A stretch of 64,000 nt of DNA, from contig NW_005434658.1 in assembly GCF_000315625.1 (NCBI RefSeq), positions 826,651-890,650 on the forward strand, read 5' to 3'. Within the stretch, counting starts at the first letter, position 1, and every line of letters begins with the position of its first letter. Source of the stretch: Guillardia theta CCMP2712. Its lineage: Eukaryota; Protista; Cryptophyta. The notes under the pieces are model-generated. The model was not told where the DNA came from. It worked only from the letters and a program-made list of their open reading frames with translations, and searched no databases. The position numbers and the translations under genes were made by a program. Positions 44,712 to 57,859 of this stretch are shown one piece after another.

Positions 44712-47700
44712 ATGCCGCAAGCAACTCCAGTGATTGATATCAATTATGGAGCTCCAGGCTACATTGTAAATTTCGTGTTATTCTCTGCTCTTTTCGTCTT
44801 CAATGCTGTAGTCTACATAAGAAGCCGACTGCAGGCGAAACGATTCGCTGATCATTGCGTCTACCTGCCCAATGAAAATCAGACGCAGAAAGGATATCGC
44901 CCTTCGAGGCTGGGAAGATCCTGTCGAGCCCTTTCAGTGATCTTCTTGATTTGGATGCAATGCTCTCTGATCATCACTTTCCTGTCAAATTATCAGCACT
45001 ACTGGCCTTACTCGCCTGGCAAAGGAGAGGAAAACAAGCATGTGACCTGGGATTCCTTCACACGAGCCTTCCTCTTGCCGTGGATTACAACCTTCTTGCT
45101 TCTTGTAGGGCTCCGGCGACACCATTCCTCTCTTGCTATATTCTACATGTGCCCGTGCTCGCTCGAAAGAGCGACCCATGTCAAGGTACACAGCAGCATC
45201 GAGGATGAGAACGGAAACCGTCAGGACTTTGAAGACGTTGTTCCCGTATCCATCACAGCGAGGAATCTCCGCATGATCGAGTGGCAGCTGCTTCGTTACG
45301 TGTACTGCAGCTCCAAGGATGCCTTCACTTCGGATCCCCAGTACGACAACGATGATGACGAGGGTATGAAGGTTGAGCGAGACATCACGGGGGTTTGGGC
45401 GAACGAGATGCACAGGAAAGGAGGAGTTTCCAGCGAGATGGCCTCTGTTATGCTGGATGGTCCTCAGGGGCGAAATGAGATCACTGTGCACATCCCCTCG
45501 ATCCTTGAAGGGTGCGTGACAGAGTTCTTCTCGTTCTTCTACATCTATCAGTTCTTTGCGGTGACCCTCTCCTTCTACTGGGACTACGTCTCCGTCGGGC
45601 TGATGATGTCCCTGCTGGTCCTGACATGTGGCGTCATCAAGGTTTACACCGAGAGGATGCAGAGATTGAAGATGAAGGAAATGGCGACCTTGGACGAGAC
45701 GATCTTGGTCTTCCGGGACAACCAGTGGAAGAGCGTTGACTCCCATGAAGCGTGTGTGGGAGACATCCTCTGTCTGACTTCCAAGCTGGAGGATGAAGAC
45801 GCTGAGAACGAGAATCATCCTCATCACCGACCGCTGCTGACAGCAGACTGCATCTTGATCAGTGGCTCTTGCGTGGTCGACGAGTCTCTACTGACTGGAG
45901 AAACCATGCCCATCCAGAAGTTTGCTGTGTCCGAAGACAAGCGTGTGCGCATCCCCGATAGCGCCGAGCACAAGAAACAGTGAGGAGAACTCGAACGCTG
46001 CGTCATGCCTGACACGAGCTGTGTTCAGCTTCTTGTTTGCAGGGACTTGCTTGCTGCATGCTGGAGGAGCGGATCAGACGGAGCTGCCGGATCACGTGTC
46101 CGAAGGAGGGCTTGCAATCGTCACCCATGTGGGACCTCGGAGCACGCGCGGGATTCTCCTGCGGACTCTTCTCTTTGGGTCCTCTACTCGACTGCACATC
46201 GTAGCCGAGGCTCAGGTGAAAGTTTGAAACGTTTTCTCCTCAGTCCCTGTCCTACCCTCTCAACCTCTCTCAATCCTTCACTCCTCCCCTCCTCTCACCT
46301 CCTCGCAAGTGCCCCTCTTCTCCTCTCTCCTGACCCTCACCTCCCCCCTCCTTATCTGTTTCATTCTGCTGACTTTGATCACAAAAGTTTGTCCTGGCAT
46401 TGCTGGTTTTCATCGCCTTCTGGGATTTCCTTGCTGTCAACTTGAACTACGAGTTCAACTTGAGCTCAGTCCTTGCTGCAACTTTCATGCTCATCTCCAT
46501 GGTCTCTCCGCTGCTCAGCGTCGCTGTGCTGGGCGGTCAGCTGGCCTCAGCCCAGCGGCTCAACAGGAAGAAACCGGCGAAGGAGACGCGTGAGCAAGAG
46601 GAAGGAGAGCAAGCTTCAGCAGACGAGACGATCCAGATCTACGTGAGGGATGTCGACAGGATGGCGCTGGCAGGGAAGGTGAGGAGAGAAGTTTCAATGT
46701 TCGATGTTGTGAGACGTTTGTGCAAGATTGACCTCATGTGCTTCGACAAGACCGGGACCATCACCAAGACCGGGCTCGACCTCATCGGCTTCCTGCCTGC
46801 TAGCAACAAGTCGGAGACGAGAGCGTCCTGGGAGGAGCTCCATCCCCTCGAAGGCTACGTGGCAGGAGGGGAGGAGCTGGATGAGCTTCTGGCTGCTGCC
46901 CTGGCGCTGACGCACACAGTCTCTCGGCTTGGGAAGCAACTGATAGGACATCAAGTCGAGCTGAGGATGGTAGAGGCAGCGGAGCAGCTGGGGTGGAAGT
47001 ACGAGGAGGGGATGAAGGCAGCCAACGAGTGGACGATCGTCAAGCAGTGGACGTTTGATCATCAGACCATGACCATGTCAGTCCTCACAGCGAAGGAACG
47101 CGGCGATGAGAAGAAGTGAGCCTGTTGTGTTTGCCTGCCTCCCTCACGCGTGCTGTCGCTCAGGAACCTTGTCTTTGTCAAAGGATCGTTTGAGGCTGTC
47201 AGCACAAGGTGCTCGCCGAAGCTCGATGACAAGTGGAGGAGAGCTGTGGAGTTGCACTCGAAGAGGGGTAACGTTATGATGCGCTCCTCTCTCTCTAGCA
47301 ACCTGACAGTCGTTGTCAGGTTGCTACATCATCGCGATCGCCTGCAAGAATGTCGATGACGATCAGATCCTGACCATCAGCAGACAACAAGCAGAGTCCT
47401 CGTTGACTTTCCTGGGACTCATCGCATTCCGAAACGAGCCCAAGGTGACCACCTCCTGCTTCCTGCCTCCTCCTCCTCTGACCGACTCTCCCCCGACAAA
47501 GGTCGATAGCGCAGACTGTATCTCACAGATGCAGCATGGAGGAGTGGAGTGCGTCATGGTGACAGGTGCGGTAGCGGAGTTTCGGACCTGGTGTCGTGGC
47601 TGACTTGCAGGTCTCTTGTTATAACAGGGGACTCTGCTTTGACTGGAGTTGCGGTTGCCAAGACCGTTGGTATCATCCCTGAAGACCACTTTGTGTTCGT

Positions 47701-49778
47701 TGGGAAGTTGGATGATAAGAAGAATCTGTCGTGGACCCAAGTGGTTTCCGAGGAGCGCAAGCCGGCAGGCGAAAAGGATGCTGAGTCAGGGAGAGCAGCG
47801 GAGAGTGCAAGAGACGGGGAGAAGACGAGGGAGGAAGGGAAGAGGGACGACGAGCGAGACGAAAGCTCGATGAAGACAAGTCTGGTTGTCAGTGGAGATG
47901 TCTTTGAACACCTCCTCAACAACGGATCCATGGGCGAATTCCTTCACTGCCGGTGATATCCCTTCCCTTCCCATCCCATTCCATCCTTTCCTGTTCCTTC
48001 CTTTCCCTTTACCTCCCTTCCCTTTCCCTCCTCCTCTCATCTTCAGTGTGCTTCATCTTCTCTTCTCCCTACTCTTCGCTTCACATCTTCATCTCTGCCT
48101 CGACTCCTCTCACGCTTCTTTGCCAGCAAGTCTTGCCGAGTGCGAGGACGTTCAACCTGCGAGTGTCCGCGGATCCGTGTGTTCGGCCGGATGACTCCCC
48201 ATCAGAAGGTGCAGGTTGTTCGAGAGTTCGCCAACAACATGAGAACCGTCGGGATGTGCGGGGACGGAGGGAACGACAGGTAATGGCGACGACGACTCTG
48301 GTCTCCTTTCTGATGCTGAATGGCAGTGGTGCCCTGAGATCGGCTCACGCTGGGCTAGCACTGTCGGGTAAACAGACTGATCACCCCTCCTCCTCCTCCC
48401 CTCCCTGCCGGCCTTCCTCCTTCATTGCTCCCTCCTCCTTCTTCCCTCCTCGTCTCCTCCTCCCGTTACCCTTGACGTCTCTTCGATTTCAGGTCGAGCA
48501 GAAGCTTCCGTGGCAGCTCCGTTCAGCACGGACAGTGACTCCCTCGCTGCTCTCACTCTCCTTCTCAGTAAGTCTCGAACAAGCTTCCCCTCCAGTCTCC
48601 TCCTCTCCTCTTTCTCCTCCTTGGTTCACCCCCTCCTCGCCTGACATGGCTTCAGGGGAAGGACGGGCTTCGCTGTGCACATCATTTGCTGCCTATCGCT
48701 TCCTTATCGTCCGTGGAATTGTGTGGACTCAGGTATGTCAAGGAGGAGAGGATGTTGGCAAAGATGGACAAGGAGGAGGAGGGAGTGAAAGTGAAGGTAG
48801 AGGCTGTGGTGGTGGTGGTGGTGGTGGTGTAGGAGGCAACGAGTGAATCCTTTTGAACAGGCGAAAAACATCATGTTTCTCATAGCTGGGCTGTACCTCC
48901 CTCCCCTTGGCTACCTCTACCTTGACCTCGTCTCCACCTCCCTCTTCCTCTGGTGCTCAACTCTCCCGATCCTTGCTCGTCCTCACTCTTCCCCCAGGGC
49001 AATCTCCTTGTCGAAGCCTTCCAGTCGACTATCTCCGCGCATCCCGGAGGTAAGAACTCGCTGCAGAGAGAGGAGGGGCGAAGGAAGAATGGATATTTTG
49101 ATGATGATTCGCATTGAATATTGTGATTGTGATGCTACGACTCTGAGATCATCATGTTGGTTTTCAGGGATCTTTGTTGGGTCCACAGAATGTCATCTCA
49201 GCAACCATATCTGTCCTTCTCTACCTCTCCATTCTGGGTATTCTTCTCGCCGTTTTGTTCACCCGGTAAGATGCAACACACAACAATGATGATGGTCATG
49301 GTGATAGTGCTGATGGTGATTGCAGTTCATGGTTCAAACCCTTCCAGAGTGGCGACGCCTTGTGAGTGTTCTAACCTGGACCTATCGACTCCCTCACCTC
49401 CTCCTCCCTTCACCTCAGGTACAAATGGCAAACCCGGTCGGACAACTACGAGTCTCCTCTCTTCTTCATCTGGGCCATATGGTTCACTGTCGACCTCGCT
49501 ATCGTCTACTCTAACGGACATCTCTACCGCCTGCCGTGGTGGAAGAACATGGTTTCACCTCGTCTCGCTGCTCTGCTCAACTGACAAGATCTGACAGGCT
49601 CTTATCGTCGTCTCTGTCCTCATGGCAACTCCAATCCTCCTCCTCCTCCTCCTCAACGGCACAGACTACAACTGCGCCTTCAAGGTCGTAACAGGGGGGT
49701 CTGAAGAACGAAAGAGGGGAAGGGGAGGGAGTCTGGTTAGTATGGAAAATGAAGAGGAGGGGAAAGGGTAGGAGCGGC

Positions 49779-49811
<33 letters not shown>

Positions 49812-50567
49812 CGGAGCCGGAAGAGGAGCCGGAAGAGGAGGAAGAGGAGGAGGAGGAGGAGGAGCAGGAGCTGATGAGTTGTGACTGTTATCCTTCCAGA
49901 TCAACTGCGACATGATAACATACTTCAAGATCAGCTCGTCTCCTGTCAACAAGATCCTCTTCCCCTATGAGAGAATCGGCGGCAACGAATGGTACGCGCC
50001 GAGTGAAAACACCTTCTACTCGCACAACTTCAAGGTATCTACTTCGACTCACTTCCTCCTTCTCCCTTTCCCTTGTCTACCTCTCTCTTCACCCCATCCC
50101 CTCCTTTCCATAGACCTCTCCAATCCTGTTCTCCCGGATACCTCCCTCCCTCTCTCATTTCTCACGACTCAACATCAGGTTGTCTTTTTGGTTGTGCTGG
50201 GGCTGGGCAGCTTGTTCCATGCAGTGGTCTATTCAAAGGTGATCTTGGGCCCGGTCGTACAGGTCAGTGTTTGTAGAGGAGGATGCCTCCAAGATGAGAG
50301 TTGGAGAGCAGGATTGGATCCCCAACAGGCTGAAATGGAACGACTCGTCGGCGCAGATCTTGTTTGAACTGATGTCTCTCAAGTTTCACCATGTGTACAG
50401 CCTGCTGCAGACAAGTCTGTTCAGCTGGTGATGAGCGGCCACTTGTCTTCTCCTCTCTGACATGTTGCTTTCGTCTCAGCTTCTTCAAGTTCGGCGGCAA
50501 AGTTCCCATGCAGCGTGAGGACCAGGACATGCAGCCGATGACGAAGAGCTCATACAGCAATGAGTGA
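44712..50567 (+). CDS. P-type ATPase, P5 (ATP13A-like) subfamily
   Basis: VDESLLTGETMPIQK, CFDKTGTITK, FVKGSFE, FLGLIAFRNEPK, ITGDSALTGVAVAK, RMTPHQK, GMCGDGGND and EGRASLCTSFAAYRF. Many introns; ends KSSYSNE*. Confidence 0.93.
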
Positions 50568-51540
50568 AGATGTCACACCGTCGATTTCAAACTCCCTAAA
50601 TCTCAACATGCTACCTTGTAAAGTTTACCTACCTTTTATCGTTCTTGCTCCTTGATGTATCAAATCAGAAACAGGTCCAACTGAGTTACTTCTCCCGTTC
50701 TCCGGTTCTCTTCCTCTCTTGTCCTTCCCCGCTCTCCTCCTCCTCCTCCTCCTCGTCTCTTAAGTTCTCTTCGTCTTCTCCTGTCTTGTTGTTCTCTTCA
50801 TGTCAGAAATGGCGACCCCGATCATGAAAAGGGCCACTGGAGGTGAGGGGTCTTATCGCCCTTGAATGTTTCAAAAAGTAGGGGTGGGTGCCTGGGAAGT
50901 AGAAGATGGGGGTGCTCAACAGAAATAGGGGGTAGGGTCCTCTCGAAATCAGTGCAGAACGCAAAAAAATATTTCTGGACAGGAGGTACATAATGGGTAG
51001 GGTGGTGAGGGGGCCAAAACACCCCCAGGGGTGGTTGTTTTTGAGACATGCATACACGGGTACATGACCTTTTTTTTCTGAAAGAGACTCGGAAACATAT
51101 GAAAAATCAGGGTAGGGGTGATGATATTTATACGTACCGGTGTATTTTATAACCAAATTACCAGTGATTTATGGGTAGGGTAGAGAATTCTTGAGAGGGC
51201 GATACAAAGAGAAGTGGCAGGGATGGCGGGAGCAGGGAGCAGTCGGAGGAGGGGAGGGGAGGAGGGGAGGAGGAGAGGAGAGTGAGATGGTAGAGTAGAG
51301 TAGACTAGGTGCAGTGAAGCAGAGCAGAGAATGGCACGAGGGTGAAAGAAAGTTGAGATGGGTGTGTAGACGACGACGGAGGGGAGGGGAGAGGGGAAGG
51401 GCGAGGAAATGCAATAGTGGAGAGAAGCTAAGATTAGAGGAGAACAGGAGTCAAATGCAGCAAAGCTAGGGTGGAAAAGTTTGTAAAGGATGAGAAGAGT
51501 ATATTGCATGAGGAGAAGATTAAGTATATTGAGGGGTTGA

Positions 51541-53550
51541 ATGGCTATCGGGTGCACGCGAGCAGGGAAGGGATTCAAGACAAATTATGATATGGTTCTG
51601 TACCTCAACGAAAGGAAGCTTGAAGGAGGGGCAAAAGAGTGGCAAAGACAGGGATTGGACATGAATTTCTTTTCCTTTCTCGGCATCGCTTACCCTCTTC
51701 GCTTCACAGGGGCTGTCTATCCAGGGGAGGCCTGGAGCTCTCATCTTGTCTCATCTCCCCATCCTGCGCATCATGGACGAGCACCCGAAGGCTTGAGCCT
51801 CATCCGTCACCCTGAAGACAACCTTGCTCACATGTCCGCGAACCCGTTCTTGCCCTTGCAGTTTGTCAATGAGATGCAGCACAACCCTTGGTTGCGCCAT
51901 CCCAAAGAGCAGAATGACAACAGGCCGAACAATCAGCCGCGGACGAACCGGCTGGCTGGTCGCAGATGGCTCAGATCTCCTGCTTGTCATTCTCAAGACA
52001 TCACTTCGAGCGATTTCAAGTTCAGGATCGCGTCTTACAATGTGCTGGCCCAGTGCTATGCTAAGAACAAACACTTCACTCGAAGCAAGGCTGAGCATTT
52101 GCGATGGGACGTGCGGAGGAGGGCTCTAGTGGAGGTGATCCACGAGCTGGATGCCGACATCGTCTGCTTGCAGGAGGTTGACAATTATGAGAAGTTCTGG
52201 CTGAAAGAGATGAGGAAGTTGGGTTACACTGGCTGCTACAAACAACGCAACAGTCCAGCGAAGTTTGATGGATGTGCGACTTTCTTCAGATCTACGGCCT
52301 TTGAGTGCATGTCAGTCAGCTCGATTGAGTTTGATAGCGAGCCGGATGCCGGGGGGGGACAGCAGGTGGAAGGACACCCAGACTTTGCAACGCACAATGT
52401 TGCACTGCTCACTATGCTACGGCCACGTAGGTCTAGTAATGTAAATAAGTGTTGTATGTGTCTTGCAAACGCGCACCTGTTCTGGGACCCAACGTATGAA
52501 GAGTTGAAGATAGCGCAGGTTGTTCTTTGCGAAGGTGTGTGGATTGAAGCTTACGAACCTGATCCAGGCACGGGCCCTTGTAAAAGCTGCCGAGGAGCTA
52601 TCTACATCTTCGGAGAGCAAATCTTCGATTGGCTGGATCCCCATCATCCTTGCTGGGGACTTCAATTCTACTCCTGAATCGGAAGTGTACAGGTATGTAC
52701 TGACCCCTCCTCGTCTACCTGGCTCTGAGCTCTACGGCATGCAGGTACCTCACCCGGGAAGCCGGCTTCTCGTCGTCATATGTTGCCTGTGGTCTGGAAT
52801 GGAAGCAGATGGAGACTATTTCGCTTTCAAACACGCAATTCAGCCAGTCACAATTTGAATTCAAGACGCCAGAGAAGAAAAATCCGAAAGGAGAAGTCCA
52901 ATTACAATCGGCAGAGTCCTCGTCCCCTGAGCTTGCGGCCAAGAGCGGTGAGTGCAACGCTGGTATTGCCAACGGAGGCCTTCTCTTCGCCAAACCTTTG
53001 GATCCTAACTCGCCAGTGTTCAAACCAAGCTCTCCTAGCATGTACGTCCTTTTGGTTAAAATCTGGCTCTTTCTCAAAAACCTTCTCGCAGGTACAAAGC
53101 GGACTCACGGCAAAGGAGCAACGGAGACTCTGCGGGGGGAAAGGAGGCAAGGCCAGCAGGAACAGCCCCTGGGATCGAGCCTGCTTTCACCAATTACAGG
53201 CAAGATGCAGATCGGTTTCTTGTTCCTCTCACGTGTTACGCAGAGACATGTTTCACGGAACGATCGATTACATCTTGTTCCGCGCTATTCCCACCCCCAA
53301 GGTGATTGATGATTGGTTTTGTTTCTTCCTCACCCACCCGTTACCTCAGAGACCGCCGTCTCACTCAGGCAACATCCAGGCTGTGAGCTGTTTGTCCATG
53401 ATCAGCGAGTTAGAGGCACAGAACCAGGTGAGGCATCTCTTGGAGCTGTGAGCTGGTCTCATGTTTGGGCAGGGTGGGGGGCTTCCGAACCTCAAGCATC
53501 CGTCGGATCACCTACCGATCGCTGTAGAGTTGATGATACAATTCCCTTAG
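51541..53550 (+). CDS. CCR4/nocturnin/Angel family EEP nuclease (deadenylase-like); true start may be downstream
   Basis: IASYNVLAQ, DIVCLQEVD, DGCATFFR, NAHLFWDP, ILAGDFNSTP, EPAFTNYR|DMFHGTIDYI (via GC-AG intron 53200-53243) and HPSDHLPI. Confidence 0.92.
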
Positions 53551-53676
53551 CTAGTCGAGTAACGCAGCGTTTACTAGAGCTCAGTTGGTTAGTTGATGGG
53601 AGACAGTCTGTCTCTGCGTATCCCCATCCTTGATCCTATCGGATTGCTGCCCTGGTTTTATGTCCCGCCTGACGCC

Positions 53677-53800
53677 GCAGGGAACCCTTCATCGCCCTTC
53701 ATTGCAGTAGGTGGAGCAGGGAACCTCTCATCGCCCTTCACTGCAGTAGGTGGAGCAGGGAACCTTTCATCGCTCTTCACTGCAGTAGGTGGAGCAGGGA
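53677..53800. repeat. Tandem repeat, about 3 x 39 bp
   Basis: Unit GCAGGGAACCTCTCATCGCCCTTCACTGCAGTAGGTGGA at 53677, 53716 and 53755. It reads FPAPPTAVKGDER on the minus strand. Confidence 0.9.
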
Positions 53801-53820
53801 CTGCAACAAGTCATGACCCC

Positions 53821-54482
53821 TCAGCTGCCTTCCTCACTCGCTAACCTCGGAAACACGTTGCTAAGATCGAGAGGAGGAATGGACTTCTTCTTGGTTGCCG
53901 TAAGGTATTCCGGTCCGCGGGCTGGACAGGTCAATCTCCGCCTCTCCTCGAGGCGCACACGATAGTGTCCCTCCTGCAAATCGTCTGCACTGGAAGAGCT
54001 CGGAAGCTTGTCTAAAGAAATCTTCCTCCTTGAGCAAGCCCTCATGGAGTAGTGCAAGGCAGCATTGGCGATGAATGCATCCCGTACGTCATAGTAATCC
54101 TGCAAGAGCTTCAGGTTGAAAGCCTCTTGATGAATGAGGACTTACAAACGAGGACTTGGCATGCCGAGAAAGCTCTTGGTTCTGATTTTGATTTGTCAAC
54201 TATCAGCCAGTTACCCTTCTGCACAGACTTAGATACATCACAAACCAATTTGATCCACTTGAGTGTTAAGGATGATTGCGCTATGGAGTCCTCAAACCTC
54301 CTGAGGTCGTCTTGTCTCCGCAGCGACGAGGATTCCGAAGAGCCAGGGTCAAACAAGTTGCCCCCTCGAAGCTCCATTGCACTTAATGGGCGACCAGGCA
54401 CTTTGCTATGTTTGTAGAATATGGACCGATTCCCATGATGCGCTTGTTTATTTTCCAATCGACTCTTGGAAAGACCGATCAT
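53821..54482 (-). CDS. Hypothetical protein, multi-exon
   Basis: Adjacent ORFs 54111-54482 and 53821-54105 are joinable by short introns and have protein-like composition. No confident domain. Confidence 0.5.
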
Positions 54483-54645
54483 GAAATATTCCTCTCGTCA
54501 AGACATTGTCCTTTCTTTGCTTGAACCTGATCATTGCTGAAGTGCTATTACGATCATCAGTTCGACTTGATTAGCAGTACTTCATCTGTTTTTATCTTCT
54601 GGTCTGTCACTTGCTTCTTTCAGATAGTCACTGTGATCCTGAATC

Positions 54646-54747
54646 TCTCCTGTCCTGTCCTCTCCTGTCCTCTCCTGTCCTCTCCTGTCCTCTCCTCTCC
54701 TGTCCTCTCCTCTCCTCTCCTCTCCTCTCCTCTCCTCTCCTCTCCTC
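54646..54747. repeat. (CTCCT/CTGTC)n pentanucleotide microsatellite
   Basis: Direct observation. Confidence 0.9.
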
Positions 54748-56385
54748 GACAAGCTATCTTCTCTTGACCATTTCCTTTTATCGGTTGCAGACGGTTACAA
54801 TTTTGCGCAACACAGTTACAAGACGTTCCACTCCGTTATGCGCCGCGTGCCAAGAGACCCCCTCTTATGACCCCTTCCACCCTTGTCAAAAAAATACCAC
54901 CACCCCCTAAAATTACGCCATAGATGTACCCCACCTCCAAGGTACCCCCGAAAGGACAACAATGTCTTGAGGGGTGCTACGATAGAGCCACCCCTACCCT
55001 TTAATAACATTTCAAATAATTCTGTACCCGTTCATTCGATACCTTCAGCCCTACCCTACCAACCTTTTTCCTATCAATCACCCACCCTCCTGATCCTGAG
55101 ATGAATCTCAGCTAACTCCTACCCCCTACCCCCCTCATTCCAAATTACCCCCACCACTCCTGTGTACCCCTACCCCCCTGCTTGACAACCTTCTGCTCAC
55201 ATCAGCCGCTATGGCTTCAGCTGCAGCGGCGTTGGTGCAAGAAAATAGTGCAGGAAGAGCAGAACGTGGCAGAAGAACGAGATGCGAGGAGGAGGAGAAA
55301 CGACCATGTTAGGAAGGAGAGAAGCAAAGTGCATGGCATCAAGCAAAGGAGTCTAGTATGCTCGAGCACAGATATGCAAGCTTCCAGTGGGAGCAGACTA
55401 CGAGGATCTCGGTGTTCAGGCTAAGGAAGGAGGCTTCGTGTGTTACAACATGAGGGGATGAGCTCGGGACAGAGCTGAGGGTTGAGATCCCACCAACATG
55501 TGATGAGGAGGAGGTTCTAGCGTCGAGACTCCATGAATATGTTATGATGATTAGGCATTATGGGATATGTCACAGCGTGGCATTGTGAATTTGTGTTGGG
55601 CATCCTCGTTTGATGGTGACAGCGGGGGGAGAGGCGTCTCTGTTCAGAAGTGAGAGTGCGAATTCGATTTCTCGAGCAGAGGAAAATTTTCTTGTATGAT
55701 GCAGCTTGTGGGACGGGGATCACCCGTCCTTATAGTGTGATTCCTGGTAGATGCGACGAAAGGGTATCAGAAAGCCCTCTGTGTTATGTGATCTCATTTG
55801 AGTGTTCGGCACTCGTGTTTGCAGGCTCTGCATTGTGTGATGGTTTATCTTGCTCGTGATGATCCTGTGCAGCGTCTAACTCTTTCTTCTTCTAGTCATT
55901 ACAGAGCTGCAAGATAAGGATCCGCCCTGGGAAATTCGTCTGATTTCGTCCCTCCCCCCCTCTCCTGACATGAGGAAAGAAGAGGTGCTCGTTGGTTAAG
56001 GAAGACTCTCCATGGGCTTTGATTCCTCTGTGACTGAAAGAAAGGCATTGATTCTTCTCGAATGGGCACCCTCCGCCTATGAATAGACGAGCTGCAAGAA
56101 TGGCATAGTCAAATCTGCAGTTGCAATTTGAGATTTTCAGGATGGTGTCGGCATCATCCTCCGTGGAGATTTGAAACTCAGGAGATATGTGTTGAGCTAT
56201 TGCTCAAGCTCAATCCTCCGGATTTGTTTTTTTGGGGGGTTTTGATCTTATTACCTATCTCATTTTATTGTTTTGGATTGTAATTTAACAGCTGAGGTTG
56301 ATGGTAAGCTAGGTCCTCTTTTTACTGTTGAATTATGATCGTCGTGTAATTTTGATTCTACTGCATTGCGTTGCTTGATTGAACA

Positions 56386-57859
56386 ATGAGCTCGGATGAT
56401 CGACCTTCGGATGTTCCAACAGCAACGAGTCTTGCTGATGCAGAGCAGGAGCTTGGGGCACCGCAACGAATGGCCAAGGACGTCGGGAATTTGGAGCAGT
56501 TAACCATCAAGCTGATTGAGAGTGTGAAAAATAGCTTGACCCCGCAAGGCAAAAGGTCCAGCTCTGGATATGAAATTCATTCACTAGTGCGGGAAGTTAT
56601 CAGTCAGCACAAGTCCATCACCGACAGAGTGAGTGATGTTGAAGAACATCAAGCTAGACAGAAGTTTGTAAGGGAGAAGATCGAAGAAGTGCATGAAGTC
56701 GAAGATAGAATCGACTGGTTAATTCAGGACTTGCGAGCAATCGAAGGCGATTTGTCTTTCTTGGTTCACAGAGCAAAAAAGTCCATCGAGCTATGCAAAG
56801 GTCTTGCTCCCTACCTTTTCAATGGTCTCTGATAGTAACTCTGCAGGTCGACCTCCTGTCGCAGTGGATGATTTAATTGCCTACTCGAATCACTGTAGTT
56901 TCACAACAAATGCGGGCATCAGAGATTTTGACAGATTCAACAAGCCGATACAACCGCCTGATGTCCGAGACCCGAGATTCATGCTGCCGTACCCTCCCGC
57001 ACATGCCATGCGATTGCAGGCGAGTCGAACTGCTGAAAGTCAGTCAGTCGTCTTGTTGATCGTGTTGGTCCAGGGGGGGCTGTTCTCCTACGCGTCAACT
57101 CGCAAGCCGCAAGTAGAGGAGGACGGGCTCAAGTCGGATCAAGAGCACAAGGGCCCGTCTGAGATGCAAGTAGATTCAGCTACCAGCGTCGGGGAGGTGA
57201 CTGTCATGATGTTGACATCGGTCTGTTCCCCTTGACGTTGTGAATCAGGACAAAGACAATCTTAAGAACCAGCAGGCATCTGACAGTGACGGCTTTGAGG
57301 AGGACAACAACGCTGCGGTTGAGAATCCCGTCGCCACCTTTGAAGAGTCGGAACCTCCACTGAAGAAGGCAAGGCTGGATCCGCTGGCGGAAGGCAATGT
57401 GTTCGATGGCGCAGCAGAGAGAGATCTCAGTGTTGACGGCTCTCTTGAGAACGTTGCAACCAATCAGAACCTGTTTGAGAGGTGCACTTGTTGCTACGAA
57501 TGATCGTCGAAGGCTGAGTAACAGTCTTCTTGGCAGCGGAAGCAGCGAAGACGAGAGCGGAGAAGAGATGGAGTTCGAGATGGACCTCAATCCCACTGGT
57601 CTTTTGACTAGTCTCTCCTGCTCAGCATATGCTAAAAACATTGCTCAGGCTTGCCAGGATCTACAACGAAGGACGAAGCTGCAGATGTGTCAGCAGGAAG
57701 AGCGAGTGGAGAAGGATCTTCTGCGCAGACCCCGCCATTGAAGCAAAGCGACGTGAAGACAGAGGAGGAGTCTAGCAGCGACGGTTCGTGCCTGGTTCTT
57801 GCGTATTTATCCTGATCTTGTCGTTTCTGGCAGATTTTGATGACCTGGACAACTACTGA
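56386..57859 (+). CDS. MED4: Mediator complex subunit 4-like protein with acidic C-terminal tail
   Basis: A coiled coil (EEHQARQKFV...IDWLIQDLRAIEGDL) is followed by PVAVDDLIAYSNHCSFTT and LPYPPAHAMR.GGL, matching the Med4 motifs 'VxxxELIxYAHRIS' and 'PYPxxxxMRxGxL'. Ends DFDDLDNY*. Confidence 0.75.

Noticed and set aside
54090-54200. Cyclin-box-like phrase (FSACQVLVCK) in the hypothetical gene
   Set aside because: Too short and depends on an unverified splice; insufficient to call a cyclin.
55200-56200. Possible small multi-exon gene
   Set aside because: Some exon-like stretches, but no consistent spliced frame could be found by eye; left unannotated.
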